A DNA stretch of 64,000 nucleotides from Pseudanabaena sp. BL-A-41 (GCA_050632425.1 CP192607.1:4634158-4698157); one strand, 5' to 3'; shown: positions 28,361-38,429, numbered from the stretch's first letter. Numbers and translations: made by a program. Notes: generated by a model from the letters alone, not told the origin.

Positions 28361-28999
28361 ATGATTACACTCACACAGCCAAGCTCTGATTCAGAAATAT
28401 ACCAAGAGAAGAATCTAGAGCTAAATTTCGACCAATTTTTGGCGCAATGTCCTGAAGATAGTCGCTATGAATTAGTGGATGGCAAAATGCTAAAAATACC
28501 AGTAACAAGACTTCATTACGATGTTGCTGGCTTAGTCATGCACTCAATGAGGGACGAGATCGAGCGACTAAATTTAAACTACGTGATTAATGACGTAGCA
28601 GCAGTTTTAACCACAAATAAGAAAGGTAAAGAACAGGGCAGACATCCAGATGTCAGCGTAATTAATCGCGATGTATGGCGTAGCGATCGCCTTGATCATC
28701 GGGGTATCCGCGAACCAATTCAGCTTGCGGTTGAGGTGGTGTCAACTAATTGGGAAGATGACTATATTGACAAGCTTGATGAATACGAGCGTTTAGGCAT
28801 CCCTGAATATTGGATTGTGGATTATTTAGCGATCGGTTCGCGTAACTATTTGGGAGAACCAAAACTTCCTTCTGTGCTGATATTTACCTTAGATACAGAA
28901 GGGAAATATCAAATGACCAGATTTCAAAATAGCGATCGCCTAATTTCGGCAACATTTCCAGAATTAAATCTCACCGTCGAGCAAATTATGGCGGCTTAA
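28361..28999 (+). CDS. Uma2-family (DUF820) putative endonuclease
   Basis: YELVDGK, PDVSV, ...AVEVVS...D...K...Y...GI.EYWIVD is the Uma2 PD-(D/E)XK-like pattern. ATG 28361 is preceded by GAGGA. Confidence 0.8.
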   Translation: MITLTQPSSDSEIYQEKNLELNFDQFLAQCPEDSRYELVDGKMLKIPVTRLHYDVAGLVMHSMRDEIERLNLNYVINDVAAVLTTNKKGKEQGRHPDVSVINRDVWRSDRLDHRGIREPIQLAVEVVSTNWEDDYIDKLDEYERLGIPEYWIVDYLAIGSRNYLGEPKLPSVLIFTLDTEGKYQMTRFQNSDRLISATFPELNLTVEQIMAA

Positions 29000-29002
29000 A
29001 TC

Positions 29003-29037
29003 TAATGAGTGGCGGCGCTTTGCGCCGCTACTCATTA
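29003..29037. terminator. Bidirectional stem-loop between the convergent Uma2 and methyltransferase genes
   Basis: taatgagtggcggcgc-ttt-gcgccgctactcatta. It overlaps the stop at 29035. Confidence 0.6.
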
Positions 29038-30234
29038 AGTTACGCTCAAAACTAAGCCCTTAAGATAAGCACCTTCAGGATGAAAAATACTTGTGGGATG
29101 ATCGGCGGGATGATTGAGATGATCCAAAATACGAATAGTCCGACCTGACTCGATCGCCGCTGCCGTGACTGCACCTGTGAAATTCTCCACATTCACTACC
29201 TGCGAGCAGGAAAAAGTAAATAGCAATCCACCACTTTTTAGTTTTGACATCGCCTGTAAATTCAAGCGCTTGTATGCCTGCATCGCTGAATGCCTTGCGG
29301 ATAGACTCTTGGCAAAAGCAGGCGGATCAAGCACGATCACCTCATAATCAGAGTCGCATTGCTTTAGAAAATCAAAGACATCCCCTGTAAAGGATTGATG
29401 AATCGCTTGGCGATCGCGATCAAAATTTGCGGCAATATTCCGATCTGTCCATTCCATCGCCTTGGCAGAACTATCGATCGAATGTACTTCCTTTGCGCCC
29501 GCCGCCACTGCATAAACCGAGAAACCGCCTGAATAGCAGAAAGTATTTAAAACCTTTTTACCAGTGGCATACTTACCAAACATCCGCCGATTTTCTCTTT
29601 GATCTAAGAAAAAGCCTGTTTTCTGACCTTTTTCCCAATCGACAATAAAGCGATGTCCATATTCCAAAACTTCAGCACTATCAGCAGATTTTTCGCCAAT
29701 CAATAAACCATCCTGAGACTGGGTTTGCGATTTACGCGAAAGCGTCGCCGAGCTTTTGTCATAAACTGCCTGCAAGCGATCGCCATATATATCCTTCAAG
29801 ATTTCTGCAATATCTTGACGATAGCGATAGGTTCCTAACGAGTGGCACTGCAAAACCGCCGTATCACTATAAACATCAATAATTAATCCTGCTAAGCCAT
29901 CCCCTTCCGAATTGATTAACCGATAGCAATTAGTTTCTGGATTATCAATTAAACCTAATTGCTTTCTCAAACTAAATGCTTGCTTCAGGCGATCGCGCAA
30001 TAAACTTTGCATCGACTCCACAGGCTGAAACGATAGCACCTTAATCGCAATGCTACCCATGCCCCACAAGCCGATCGCTAAAAATCTGCCATCCTCGCTA
30101 TAGGCTTCGACCAAATCACCATCATGGACTTCACCTTGGAGTTTAGCGATCGCACCTGAAAATATCCAAGGATGAAAACGCTGAACCGCATCGACTTTTT
30201 TACGATGAATAATCGCACGGGGCAACGATGTCAT
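29035..30234 (-). CDS. Class I SAM-dependent rRNA methyltransferase (RlmI/PUA-domain type)
   Basis: N-terminal PUA-like HPWIFSGAI, QKTGFFLDQREN, SAM motif VLNTFCYSGGFS and DPPAF. Confidence 0.8.
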   Translation of the reverse strand: MTSLPRAIIHRKKVDAVQRFHPWIFSGAIAKLQGEVHDGDLVEAYSEDGRFLAIGLWGMGSIAIKVLSFQPVESMQSLLRDRLKQAFSLRKQLGLIDNPETNCYRLINSEGDGLAGLIIDVYSDTAVLQCHSLGTYRYRQDIAEILKDIYGDRLQAVYDKSSATLSRKSQTQSQDGLLIGEKSADSAEVLEYGHRFIVDWEKGQKTGFFLDQRENRRMFGKYATGKKVLNTFCYSGGFSVYAVAAGAKEVHSIDSSAKAMEWTDRNIAANFDRDRQAIHQSFTGDVFDFLKQCDSDYEVIVLDPPAFAKSLSARHSAMQAYKRLNLQAMSKLKSGGLLFTFSCSQVVNVENFTGAVTAAAIESGRTIRILDHLNHPADHPTSIFHPEGAYLKGLVLSVT

Positions 30235-30446
30235 GGCTAATTACTTTAATTTACACAGGTTTTTAACCATAGCACACTCCCATAGCCGTGGCGCGCGCGC
30301 AAAAGACAAATATTGTTAGGCGGCGCGAAGCGCCGCCTAACAATATTTGTCTTTATGTCCTCAAGAATGGTAACAGCTATAAAAGCATTGCTAAGCGCTG
30401 CTTTTAATTATGCTATTCTCAAGAAGCTATCGTTATTGATAATGCT

Positions 30447-30908
30447 ATGACTTCTGTGGAGACCACCTATTCACCTGAAGCCCTCAAGGCTGAACTCAAC
30501 TCAAAAGGTTGTCGGATGACACCCCAGCGCGAGGTGATCCTCAATACATTCCAAACCCTACCCGAAGGGGAACATCTTAGCGCCGAAGATCTCTATGAGC
30601 GCTTAAAAACTCAAGGTGAAAATATTAGCCTTTCCACAATCTATCGCACGGTCAAAATGATGGCACGCATGGGGATTTTGCGTGAATTGGAGCTTACTGA
30701 AGACCATAAGCACTACGAAATTAATCAGCCTAAACCGCATCACCATCACCATTTAGTTTGTGTCAAAACTAACCGTGTGATCGAGTTTAAAAATGACCAA
30801 ATCCTCACCATTAGCAAAAAAGTTGCCGACAAATATGGTTTCTCAGTTTTAGATTGTCAATTGACAATTATTGGTGTCAGCCCAGAGGGGCAACGCTCAA
30901 TTTTTTAA
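30447..30908 (+). CDS. Fur-family metalloregulator
   Basis: TPQREVIL, the winged helix STIYRT..M and an HHHHHL.C block. The paralog type (Fur/Zur/PerR) cannot be resolved. Confidence 0.8.
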   Translation: MTSVETTYSPEALKAELNSKGCRMTPQREVILNTFQTLPEGEHLSAEDLYERLKTQGENISLSTIYRTVKMMARMGILRELELTEDHKHYEINQPKPHHHHHLVCVKTNRVIEFKNDQILTISKKVADKYGFSVLDCQLTIIGVSPEGQRSIF

Positions 30909-30923
30909 ATATTTAAATAATTT

Positions 30924-31385
30924 CTAACTAGCTGCTGCTTGATTTTGTTTAGCAAAGTCTTCTTGGGCATAAACGCGAAATCTCTCTAAGTCGTCTTGTA
31001 GAGTAGATTCTACTAACTGCCCTAAAAATAAATTATCCATAAGCTGCCCGATCGCAGGTATGGCATAGGAAATACTTAGCTTAACAATTGTTACATTATT
31101 GGGGCGACCGTAAAAGCGCACTGCACCACGGTTAGGCAATCCACCAATCGATTCCCACTGCATAATTTGATTGGGAATTTGTTTAAGAATCCGAGATTTC
31201 CAAGTAAAGGTGAAACCATTTGTGCCAAGTTTCCAAGCCGATATTTCAGGATCATCTGTTATGACTACGGAGTCGATCCACTTCATCCAACGGGGCATTG
31301 CGCTTAAGTCTGACCATAACGACCACGCATATTCCACGGGAATAGTTACTTCAGTTTGGACGGTATGTTCTAGCCAGTCACTCAT
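30924..31385 (-). CDS. SRPBCC (cyclase/dehydrase-like) family protein
   Basis: The size and the W..W.D....P.WM pattern are typical of polyketide-cyclase/START-like proteins. Confidence 0.6.
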   Translation of the reverse strand: MSDWLEHTVQTEVTIPVEYAWSLWSDLSAMPRWMKWIDSVVITDDPEISAWKLGTNGFTFTWKSRILKQIPNQIMQWESIGGLPNRGAVRFYGRPNNVTIVKLSISYAIPAIGQLMDNLFLGQLVESTLQDDLERFRVYAQEDFAKQNQAAAS

Positions 31386-31636
31386 TGGATAATAGTTAAT
31401 TGTTAATAATTGTTATCTATACCAATCATATCGCAAACCCGTTTGCAGAGGAGCGCCCTCGAAGTATGTACTCCCCAAATAATTTATAAGAGTGTGCCTC
31501 GATGGGGCACACTCTTATAAATTATTTGGGATTGAATGTACCGCTTAGGGAATAGTCATAAGACTAGACTAAGTGACATCAATCGTAATAAAATGTTAAG
31601 ACGATATAGCTAGTTTGACCACTGGAAGAGTTTACT

Positions 31637-32662
31637 GTGGGTTTATTACGCCATTTTACAAAAGACATCGGCATTGACCTCGGTACTGCCAACACACTTA
31701 TATATGTGTCTGGGGAAGGTATCGTGTTGCAAGAGCCATCAGTTGTTGCGATCGATCAACGAGACAAGACTGCCTATGCAGTTGGAGATGAAGCAAACAA
31801 AATGATCGGGCGCACACCAGGTGACATCATTGCCGTGCGTCCTCTCAAAGACGGTGTAATTGCCGATTTTGACTCTGCGGAGCTAATGTTACGAGCCTTC
31901 ATCCAAAAGGTCAAAAAAGGTGTTTTCAATCCGCGCATTGCGATCGGTATTCCTAGCGGGGTTACAGGGGTGGAATGGCGCGCAGTCATGGATGCGGCCC
32001 GTCGCGCTGGAGCTAGTGAAGTCTACCCCATTGATGAACCCATTGCCGCAGCGATCGGAGCAGGTCTACCTGTAACTGAAGCTACAGGTAACATGATCAT
32101 TGATATCGGTGGTGGTACTACTGAAGTTGCCGTAATGAGTTTGCAAGGGATCGTCTTGAGCGAATCTGTGCGCGTTGCAGGGGATGAACTCAGCGAAGCG
32201 ATCATGAAGTACATGAAAACTGTGCATAACCTCGTTGTCGGGGAACGTACTTCCGAAGAAATCAAAATCAAAATTGGCTCTGCTTATCCCATTAAAGAAG
32301 AAACTTCGATGGAAGTAAGAGGTTTACACCTATTGTCAGGTTTACCTCGTACCGTCACCGTCAAGTCTTCGGAAATCCGTGAAAGCATGAGTGAGCCACT
32401 CTCAGTCATTATCGAAGCGGTTAAGCGTACGCTCGAACGCACACCTCCTGAACTTGCTGCCGATATTATCGATCGCGGCATCATGTTAGCTGGTGGTGGA
32501 GCATTGCTCAATGGCATTGACACTCTCATCAGCCACGAAACTGGAATTGTGACGCATATTGCCCCAGCTCCGCTTAACTGTGTAGTCATTGGCGCTGGTC
32601 GTGTACTCGAAGATTATAAGAATCTTGGTCGTGTATTAACCAGCCGTTTGAAAAGTTTATAG
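31637..32662 (+). CDS. mreB: Rod-shape protein MreB
   Basis: DIGIDLGTANT, PLKDGVIAD, DIGGGTTEVAV and LAGGGALL. GTG start. Confidence 0.95.
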   Translation: MGLLRHFTKDIGIDLGTANTLIYVSGEGIVLQEPSVVAIDQRDKTAYAVGDEANKMIGRTPGDIIAVRPLKDGVIADFDSAELMLRAFIQKVKKGVFNPRIAIGIPSGVTGVEWRAVMDAARRAGASEVYPIDEPIAAAIGAGLPVTEATGNMIIDIGGGTTEVAVMSLQGIVLSESVRVAGDELSEAIMKYMKTVHNLVVGERTSEEIKIKIGSAYPIKEETSMEVRGLHLLSGLPRTVTVKSSEIRESMSEPLSVIIEAVKRTLERTPPELAADIIDRGIMLAGGGALLNGIDTLISHETGIVTHIAPAPLNCVVIGAGRVLEDYKNLGRVLTSRLKSL

Positions 32663-32673
32663 GTAACTTTTTC

Positions 32674-33420
32674 ATGGATTCAATTCGGAGTTGGTGGGAG
32701 CGCTATAGCTTTCAGACTGCCATTGTTACTGTTGGCATTGGTTTAGCTTGGGTGATTCGCCAAACGCAAGGAGTGGCGATTATGGAAACCTATCAGTTTC
32801 TCAGCAAGCCTTTCCAGTCATCTGTATCTAAGCAAGAGCTATTGCAAGATGCCCAAGTACGAGAGTTGAAATATCGATTGACTGAACTAGAGTCACAAAA
32901 TCAACGGATGAAAGAACTGCTCAAAGTCAAGGCTAGTTCTACAGATGTTGGTGTTTGGGCGACGGTAATTGGTCGTGGAGCTGATTCTTGGTGGAATCAA
33001 ATCTTGATTGATAAAGGCAGTAATGATGGCATTAAAGCAGGGGCAGTTGTGGTTGCCCCTGGGGGATTAGTGGGACGAGTGACCCATGTTGCGCCTAATA
33101 GTAGTCAAATCTTGCTGGTCAGCGATCCTAATAGCCAAGTTGGTGTAATCGTTAGCCGTAGTCGTTTTAGTGGAATGCTGAAGGGACAAAGCCAAAACAC
33201 AGCGATCTTAGAGTTTTTTGAGCGAGATCCTGATGTTAAGGTGGGCGATATTGTCCAAACTTCACAGTTTAGTACGCTATTTCCTGAGAATGTGCCCGTA
33301 GGTCGCATTAAATCTATTAACCTGGATAAACAACCCTCACCTGAAGCGATCGTTGAGTTTTCGAGTCCTCTTGGCTTACTAGAATATGTAAAAGTCTATC
33401 CTTTTCAAGACAAGCGCTAA
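32674..33420 (+). CDS. mreC: Rod-shape protein MreC
   Basis: It lies immediately after mreB, with a TM segment, a coiled coil and GG.VG.V beta-barrel motifs. Confidence 0.85.
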   Translation: MDSIRSWWERYSFQTAIVTVGIGLAWVIRQTQGVAIMETYQFLSKPFQSSVSKQELLQDAQVRELKYRLTELESQNQRMKELLKVKASSTDVGVWATVIGRGADSWWNQILIDKGSNDGIKAGAVVVAPGGLVGRVTHVAPNSSQILLVSDPNSQVGVIVSRSRFSGMLKGQSQNTAILEFFERDPDVKVGDIVQTSQFSTLFPENVPVGRIKSINLDKQPSPEAIVEFSSPLGLLEYVKVYPFQDKR

Positions 33421-33966
33421 ATGCTCGATCGCAATACGTCTTTATCTAAAAAGCTTTTGAACTGGGGAATAACCCTTGGTTCATTGTTATTGTGTATCTT
33501 AGCGATGTATACCAGATTTCCCGGAATGACTTTGATGGGAATTGCGCCTAACTGGTTACTCATCTGGTTAGTAGCTTGGAGTGTGAATCGTCCTGTTTTT
33601 CTAGCGGTGATGGTTGGGATTGCCCTAGGTATGGTACAAGATGGCATGACCTTTGCGGATGTACGCGTTGCACCGACCCATGTTCTAGGTTTAGCGATCG
33701 CTGGCGGGATTACATCGCTCTTGCAAAAGCAACGCTATGTGCAGGAAGATTTCATTTCGATCGCCTTAATTGTGTTTGGGATGGCGGTAATTGTGGAGAC
33801 GATGCACGCAGTCCAGCTAACTATGATGGGCGCAAAAATGGCTAATGTATGGATTTTGCAGCAAAGAATTGCCCTAAGTTCCGCAATTTTAAGCAGCTTA
33901 TGGTCGCCAGTGATTTATTTCCCGCTTAGCCGTTGGTGGCGATCTATGGACAGGCAAGAAGATTAA
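33421..33966 (+). CDS. mreD: Rod-shape protein MreD
   Basis: It starts at the base after the mreC stop. It is a polytopic 181-aa protein in the mreBCD context. Confidence 0.8.
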   Translation: MLDRNTSLSKKLLNWGITLGSLLLCILAMYTRFPGMTLMGIAPNWLLIWLVAWSVNRPVFLAVMVGIALGMVQDGMTFADVRVAPTHVLGLAIAGGITSLLQKQRYVQEDFISIALIVFGMAVIVETMHAVQLTMMGAKMANVWILQQRIALSSAILSSLWSPVIYFPLSRWWRSMDRQED

Positions 33967-34135
33967 AAACAGTGCCTTGCACAGTTTTTAGAATAATGCG
34001 TTGGTGGCGATTATCACAAAGACAAGAAGATTAAAAATAAAGCACAGTTTTTAGAATAAATAATGCGTTGGTGACCATCATCACAAAGACAAGAAGATTA
34101 AAAGCTTTGCTTTGCACAGCTTTTAGAATAAACAG
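33931..34135 (+). repeat. Tandem triplication (68, 67 and 70 bp) of the mreD 3' end plus hairpin
   Basis: The units start at 33931, 33999 and 34066. Each reads cgttggtg(g/a)c...caagaagattaa, then a hairpin, then agaataa. Confidence 0.85.
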
Positions 34136-35593
34136 ATGGAATATCTATTTTTTGGTTTAGCGATCGCTTTAGTCATTGGCTTTGAGTTTGTGAATGGGTT
34201 TCATGACACGGCTAATGCTGTGGCTACTGTTATTTATACAAATACGCTAAAGCCAACCTATGCAGTTGTTCTATCGGGAATTTGTAATTTGCTGGGAGTA
34301 CTCACTTCAAGCGGGACAGTTGCCTTTGCGATTATTGCCCTGTTGCCTGTAGATCTAGTGGTGAATAGTTCGACATCGCAAAGCTTAGTAATGGCGATCG
34401 CTTTACTCCTATCGGCAATTATATGGAATTTAGGAACTTGGTATTTAGGATTGCCTGTATCCAGTACCCATACCTTGATTGGCTCAATTACTGGAATTGG
34501 GATTGCTAATTCTGTAATAAATTCTTTCTCTTCGACAAATAGGTATTGGTGGGATGGTATTAATTGGCTGAAGATGCAGGAAATCTTGATTTCGCTGGTG
34601 ATTTCGCCATTGCTGGGATTTTGTGGCGCAGCAATTCTATTTCTAATTGCTAAATATTTAATCCGCCAAGAGGAACTTTATACTGCACCAGAAGAGAATG
34701 TTCCTTCTCTATGTATTCGTGCCATATTAGTTTTGACCTGTTCGGGAGTGAGTTTTGCCCACGGCTCTAATGATGGACAAAAAGGCATGGGACTAATGAT
34801 GCTAATTTTGGTAGCGATTTTACCTAGCTTTTTTTCTTTAAATTTGCATACAAGTCCTCAAGCGATCGCCCAATTAGTCGCCTCATCAAATTCCGCAATT
34901 CCCATCTTATCTTCGCAATTTATTGTCAATACTAATCCAGAGCCCTCTTTTACAAATAGTCGCGATGAGCTTAGTCAATTTCTCAAACCACAGGGTCAGG
35001 TAAATGAAAATATTTGGCGATCGCTGGTTGCTGAGAGTCAAATCATTGCTGAGAAGTTATCAATTAATAACAATTTGTTGGACATTGCCGAAAGCGATCG
35101 TCGCCAAGTTAGAGATGATATTTATCTTGTCGCCAGTGCTATTAGCAAACTAGAAAAACAACAACTATTGGCTAATTTTGAGCATCCAGAAATAATCACT
35201 AACTATCGTAATCAATTGGATCATCTCACCAAATTTATTCCCTATTGGATCAAAATCACAATTGCTCTGGCTCTCGGTTTAGGAACAATGATTGGCTGGA
35301 AGCGAGTAGTCGTTACCGTGGGCGAGAAAATTGGCAAAGAGCATCTGAATTATGCCCAAGGAGCATCCGCAGAGCTAATCACGATGACGACAATTAGTGC
35401 AGCCGATTATTTCGGATTGCCTGTGAGTACTACGCATATACTTTCCTCAGGTATTGCTGGCTCGATGGTTGCCAACCGTTCTGGTGTGCAAATGGATACT
35501 TTAAAAAATCTCTTATTAGCTTGGTTATTGACTTTACCAAGTTGTATTTTGTTGGGATTCAGCACATATTCTCTTGGATTATTACTTATATAG
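34136..35593 (+). CDS. PiT-family inorganic phosphate transporter
   Basis: N-terminal GFHDTANAVAT and GSNDGQKGMG are PiT/PHO4 signatures, repeated at the C-terminus (VSTTHILSSGIAG). Confidence 0.85.
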   Translation: MEYLFFGLAIALVIGFEFVNGFHDTANAVATVIYTNTLKPTYAVVLSGICNLLGVLTSSGTVAFAIIALLPVDLVVNSSTSQSLVMAIALLLSAIIWNLGTWYLGLPVSSTHTLIGSITGIGIANSVINSFSSTNRYWWDGINWLKMQEILISLVISPLLGFCGAAILFLIAKYLIRQEELYTAPEENVPSLCIRAILVLTCSGVSFAHGSNDGQKGMGLMMLILVAILPSFFSLNLHTSPQAIAQLVASSNSAIPILSSQFIVNTNPEPSFTNSRDELSQFLKPQGQVNENIWRSLVAESQIIAEKLSINNNLLDIAESDRRQVRDDIYLVASAISKLEKQQLLANFEHPEIITNYRNQLDHLTKFIPYWIKITIALALGLGTMIGWKRVVVTVGEKIGKEHLNYAQGASAELITMTTISAADYFGLPVSTTHILSSGIAGSMVANRSGVQMDTLKNLLLAWLLTLPSCILLGFSTYSLGLLLI

Positions 35594-35815
35594 TTGCCAG
35601 AATCCGAAGCGAAATTACTATTTATATCAGTAGCGATCGCAAGCAAGTTCTCTATCACAGGTAAATTTTTGTTCAATTATTTTTGATCTATCATTTTATC
35701 ATCTTTATAGGTTTCTAATCTGTCTGGATAGCTTATGTAATTACATTGTGTGATTTATATATTTTATGTTAATCTGATTTTCTTGAATACTAATAGACCC
35801 TGATTAAACAAAATT

Positions 35816-36943
35816 GTGACTTTATCTGTAGATCAAATAACGGATCTCCTCAATGGCTTAAAAAGCTTACCGCCTTTACGAAAGCAAGAACAGACATTTA
35901 TGGAGATTGCGGGATATCCACACTTCGAGAATGTTTGTAGCAATATACTTCAGTTTTATCTTCAACCATCTAACGAACATGGATTTGGTTCACTTTTGTT
36001 AGATTCGCTGTTTACGCTCATCAATGAAAAGGTAGTAATTAATGGTCAAAATATTGATGTGCGACGTGAAGAATCTACCTCTGATGGTAAACGTATTGAT
36101 CTAATAATCGAATCAGACGATTTTCTTTTGGGGATAGAAAACAAGATTTTTGCTGATGCTTATAATCGGTTCGATAAGTATGCAGAACATCTTAATAAGT
36201 ACTTGCGGAAAGATCGCCAAGTTTATAAGGTATTATTATCGGTTTTCCCTATAGATACATCAAAGGTTAAATTATATGGATTTAAGCCTATTACTTATCA
36301 ATTACTATTTGAGAAAGTGATCGCGAATATTGGCTCTTATTTTCTGACTGGTCGTGAGCCACACACAATATTTTTGCGTGACTTTATCCAAACTATACAA
36401 AATTTACAAGAGGCAACTTCTATGGATGAACAACGATTACTATACTTTGCTGATAACCATCAAAGTATTTCAACACTATTTGCTGAAGTGATTGAGATGC
36501 AAAAGGATATGAAAAAGAAAGTAAAGGAATTAAATGAAGTTGTTCTTTCCGATCCAGACTTTTCCGATATAGATAAACTCCCTTATAAGATCATCAAATC
36601 TGGATCTTGGTTTCCTTCACCTTCAACTCGTTTGGTAGCTGGATATTGGTACAGATTTCACATAAGTGATTCCTTGTCAATACAATTAGATGTAAGGCTA
36701 ACTCCCAAAGGTTGGTATTTACAATTCTCTAATCATCCGGAAAGGGAAAACCACAAAGAAGTCGAAGATTGGGTTAATGCTCGCAATATAAAGTTTGAAC
36801 TCAGCAAAAGTAATGCACTTATATATAAGGGTGAAAAAAATAGTTTGCCATATAATACGACTCCTGAAGAGTCAGGGAAATGGGCGCTTGATATGTTGGA
36901 AAGGCTTGATATGTTGAAAAGACTGACAGACTCTTTAGACTGA
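35816..36943 (+). CDS. PD-(D/E)XK nuclease-superfamily protein (PDDEXK_4-like), orphan
   Basis: The core GKRIDLIIESDDFLLGIENKIFA (D...E.K) is preceded by FMEIAGYPHFENVCSNILQFYL, as in that family. AT-rich and without HIP1. GTG start, uncertain. Confidence 0.6.
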   Translation: MTLSVDQITDLLNGLKSLPPLRKQEQTFMEIAGYPHFENVCSNILQFYLQPSNEHGFGSLLLDSLFTLINEKVVINGQNIDVRREESTSDGKRIDLIIESDDFLLGIENKIFADAYNRFDKYAEHLNKYLRKDRQVYKVLLSVFPIDTSKVKLYGFKPITYQLLFEKVIANIGSYFLTGREPHTIFLRDFIQTIQNLQEATSMDEQRLLYFADNHQSISTLFAEVIEMQKDMKKKVKELNEVVLSDPDFSDIDKLPYKIIKSGSWFPSPSTRLVAGYWYRFHISDSLSIQLDVRLTPKGWYLQFSNHPERENHKEVEDWVNARNIKFELSKSNALIYKGEKNSLPYNTTPEESGKWALDMLERLDMLKRLTDSLD

Positions 36944-37144
36944 TTAATTAACATCTTCATTTCATTGCATTTTTAGATCGGCAATGCTTTGCCCCTAACC
37001 TTAAGTCAATACTGGCAAATATTACTGTGCTACTTACGCTCGAAACTGCTAAATTTAATTAATAATTAACATAAGGATGTAGTCAAAACTACACTTTTCT
37101 GCTGTTTTTTAGATCTTTGTAAAGCTAAGCCCCCCGTAAATCAT

Positions 37145-37834
37145 ATGCCTAAGAAGTCCACAGTTATTTCTCCCTCGATCCTTTCTGCTGACTTTAGCCG
37201 TTTGGGTGACGACATTCGTGCAGTTGATGCGGCGGGTGCGGATTGGATTCACGTTGATGTGATGGATGGTCGTTTCGTTCCAAATATCACCATTGGTCCA
37301 TTGGTTGTGTCAGCAATCCGTCCTGTAACCACCAAAATTTTAGATGTGCATTTGATGATTGCTGAGCCAGAGAGATATGTACCTGATTTTGCTAAAGCTG
37401 GTGCAGATATCATCACCGTTCATGCTGAGCATACCGCTTGCCCTCATTTACATCGCAATCTTTGCCAAATCAAAGAACTTGGTAAACTAGCTGGTGTATC
37501 CCTCAATCCTTCCACACCTTTGAGCTTCATTGAGTATGTTCTCGACTTGTGTGATTTGGTGTTGATCATGAGCGTTAACCCCGGATTTGGTGGTCAGAGC
37601 TTTATTCCTAACGTCATTCCTAAGATTGCGAAGTTGCGTCAAATGTGTGACGATCGCGGACTTGATCCTTGGATCGAAGTTGATGGTGGGCTGAAGGCAA
37701 ATAACACTTGGCAGGTTCTAGAAGCTGGTGCTAATGCGATCGTTGCGGGTTCGGCGGTATTTAATGCCCCTGACTATGCAAAAGCGATCGATGGTATTCG
37801 CAACAGCAAGCGCCCTGAGTTGGTAACAGCATAA
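37145..37834 (+). CDS. rpe: Ribulose-phosphate 3-epimerase
   Basis: [30 protein letters not shown] and VDGG are canonical Rpe motifs. Confidence 0.95.
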   Translation: MPKKSTVISPSILSADFSRLGDDIRAVDAAGADWIHVDVMDGRFVPNITIGPLVVSAIRPVTTKILDVHLMIAEPERYVPDFAKAGADIITVHAEHTACPHLHRNLCQIKELGKLAGVSLNPSTPLSFIEYVLDLCDLVLIMSVNPGFGGQSFIPNVIPKIAKLRQMCDDRGLDPWIEVDGGLKANNTWQVLEAGANAIVAGSAVFNAPDYAKAIDGIRNSKRPELVTA

Positions 37835-37843
37835 ATTCAAACC

Positions 37844-37892
37844 ATAAAAGCCATTAAAAGTGTTGCTTCGCAACACTTTTAATGGCTTTTAT
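37844..37892 (+). terminator. Long stem-loop after rpe (related to the family D central hairpin)
   Basis: ataaaagccattaaaagtgttgc-ttc-gcaacacttttaatggcttttat. Confidence 0.6.
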
Positions 37893-37927
37893 AAAAAAGA
37901 AGCGGTGCATTGCACCGCTTCTTTTTT
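37893..37927 (-). terminator. Stem-loop with flanking A/T runs after sixA
   Basis: aaaaaagaagcggtgca-t-tgcaccgcttctttttt. Confidence 0.7.
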
Positions 37928-38429
37928 ATATGAGTAACTTGGGTGGAATCGATAAAAAGAGAATTCCGTTAGCAGTCCAAGGTTGAGCTTCTGGTAGCAC
38001 TAAACCAATAATGCCAGCCTTTTTTAATACCAAGGCTCCTTTAGATTCCCCCCAGAGCAAAGTTTCTGCCCATGTGGTCAGGTCAGGTTCATGACCAATT
38101 ATCCCTAGAGATGCCCTCGCAGGGTGGGGATGTTGACTGAGCCATTCTGTAGCCCACTGGAGCCATGCTTCAAAACTTCCTTCGGGGGCAAGTTCAGAGG
38201 ATTGCTGCACAGGACTATCAAAGATATTCGTAAATATCTCGGCGGTTTGCTGAGCGCGAACTAGGGGGCTAGTTTGCAACAAATCAAAGCGCAAGCCTAA
38301 ATCATAGAGACGCTTCGCAACTTGCTTGGTTTTCTTTCGCCCCTCATCGGTGAGAGGACGCAAAGTATCATCCTCATAATTCTCGCGATCTTCAGCAATG
38401 CCATGTCGAATTAAATAGAGACTAGGCAT
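37926..38429 (-). CDS. sixA: Phosphohistidine phosphatase SixA-like (histidine phosphatase family)
   Basis: LYLIRHGIA...RPLT..G...SPL.RA.QTA and the short length (167 aa). It overlaps the purQ stop by 8 nt. Confidence 0.7.
   Translation of the reverse strand: MPSLYLIRHGIAEDRENYEDDTLRPLTDEGRKKTKQVAKRLYDLGLRFDLLQTSPLVRAQQTAEIFTNIFDSPVQQSSELAPEGSFEAWLQWATEWLSQHPHPARASLGIIGHEPDLTTWAETLLWGESKGALVLKKAGIIGLVLPEAQPWTANGILFLSIPPKLLI

Noticed and set aside
30432-30444. Fur-box-like gttattgataatg just upstream of the Fur-family gene
   Set aside because: Only 4+4 nt are symmetric, and the site overlaps the ribosome-binding region. That is too weak to call an operator without a matrix search.
31774-32589. 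Three ORFs (71-101 aa) antisense to mreB
   Set aside because: They lie entirely inside a highly conserved gene on the opposite strand. The Ser/Ala/Pro/Ile-rich products are typical of antisense frames.
35407-35676. 89-aa minus-strand ORF overlapping the 3' end of the pit gene
   Set aside because: It is mostly antisense to the PiT C-terminal conserved block.
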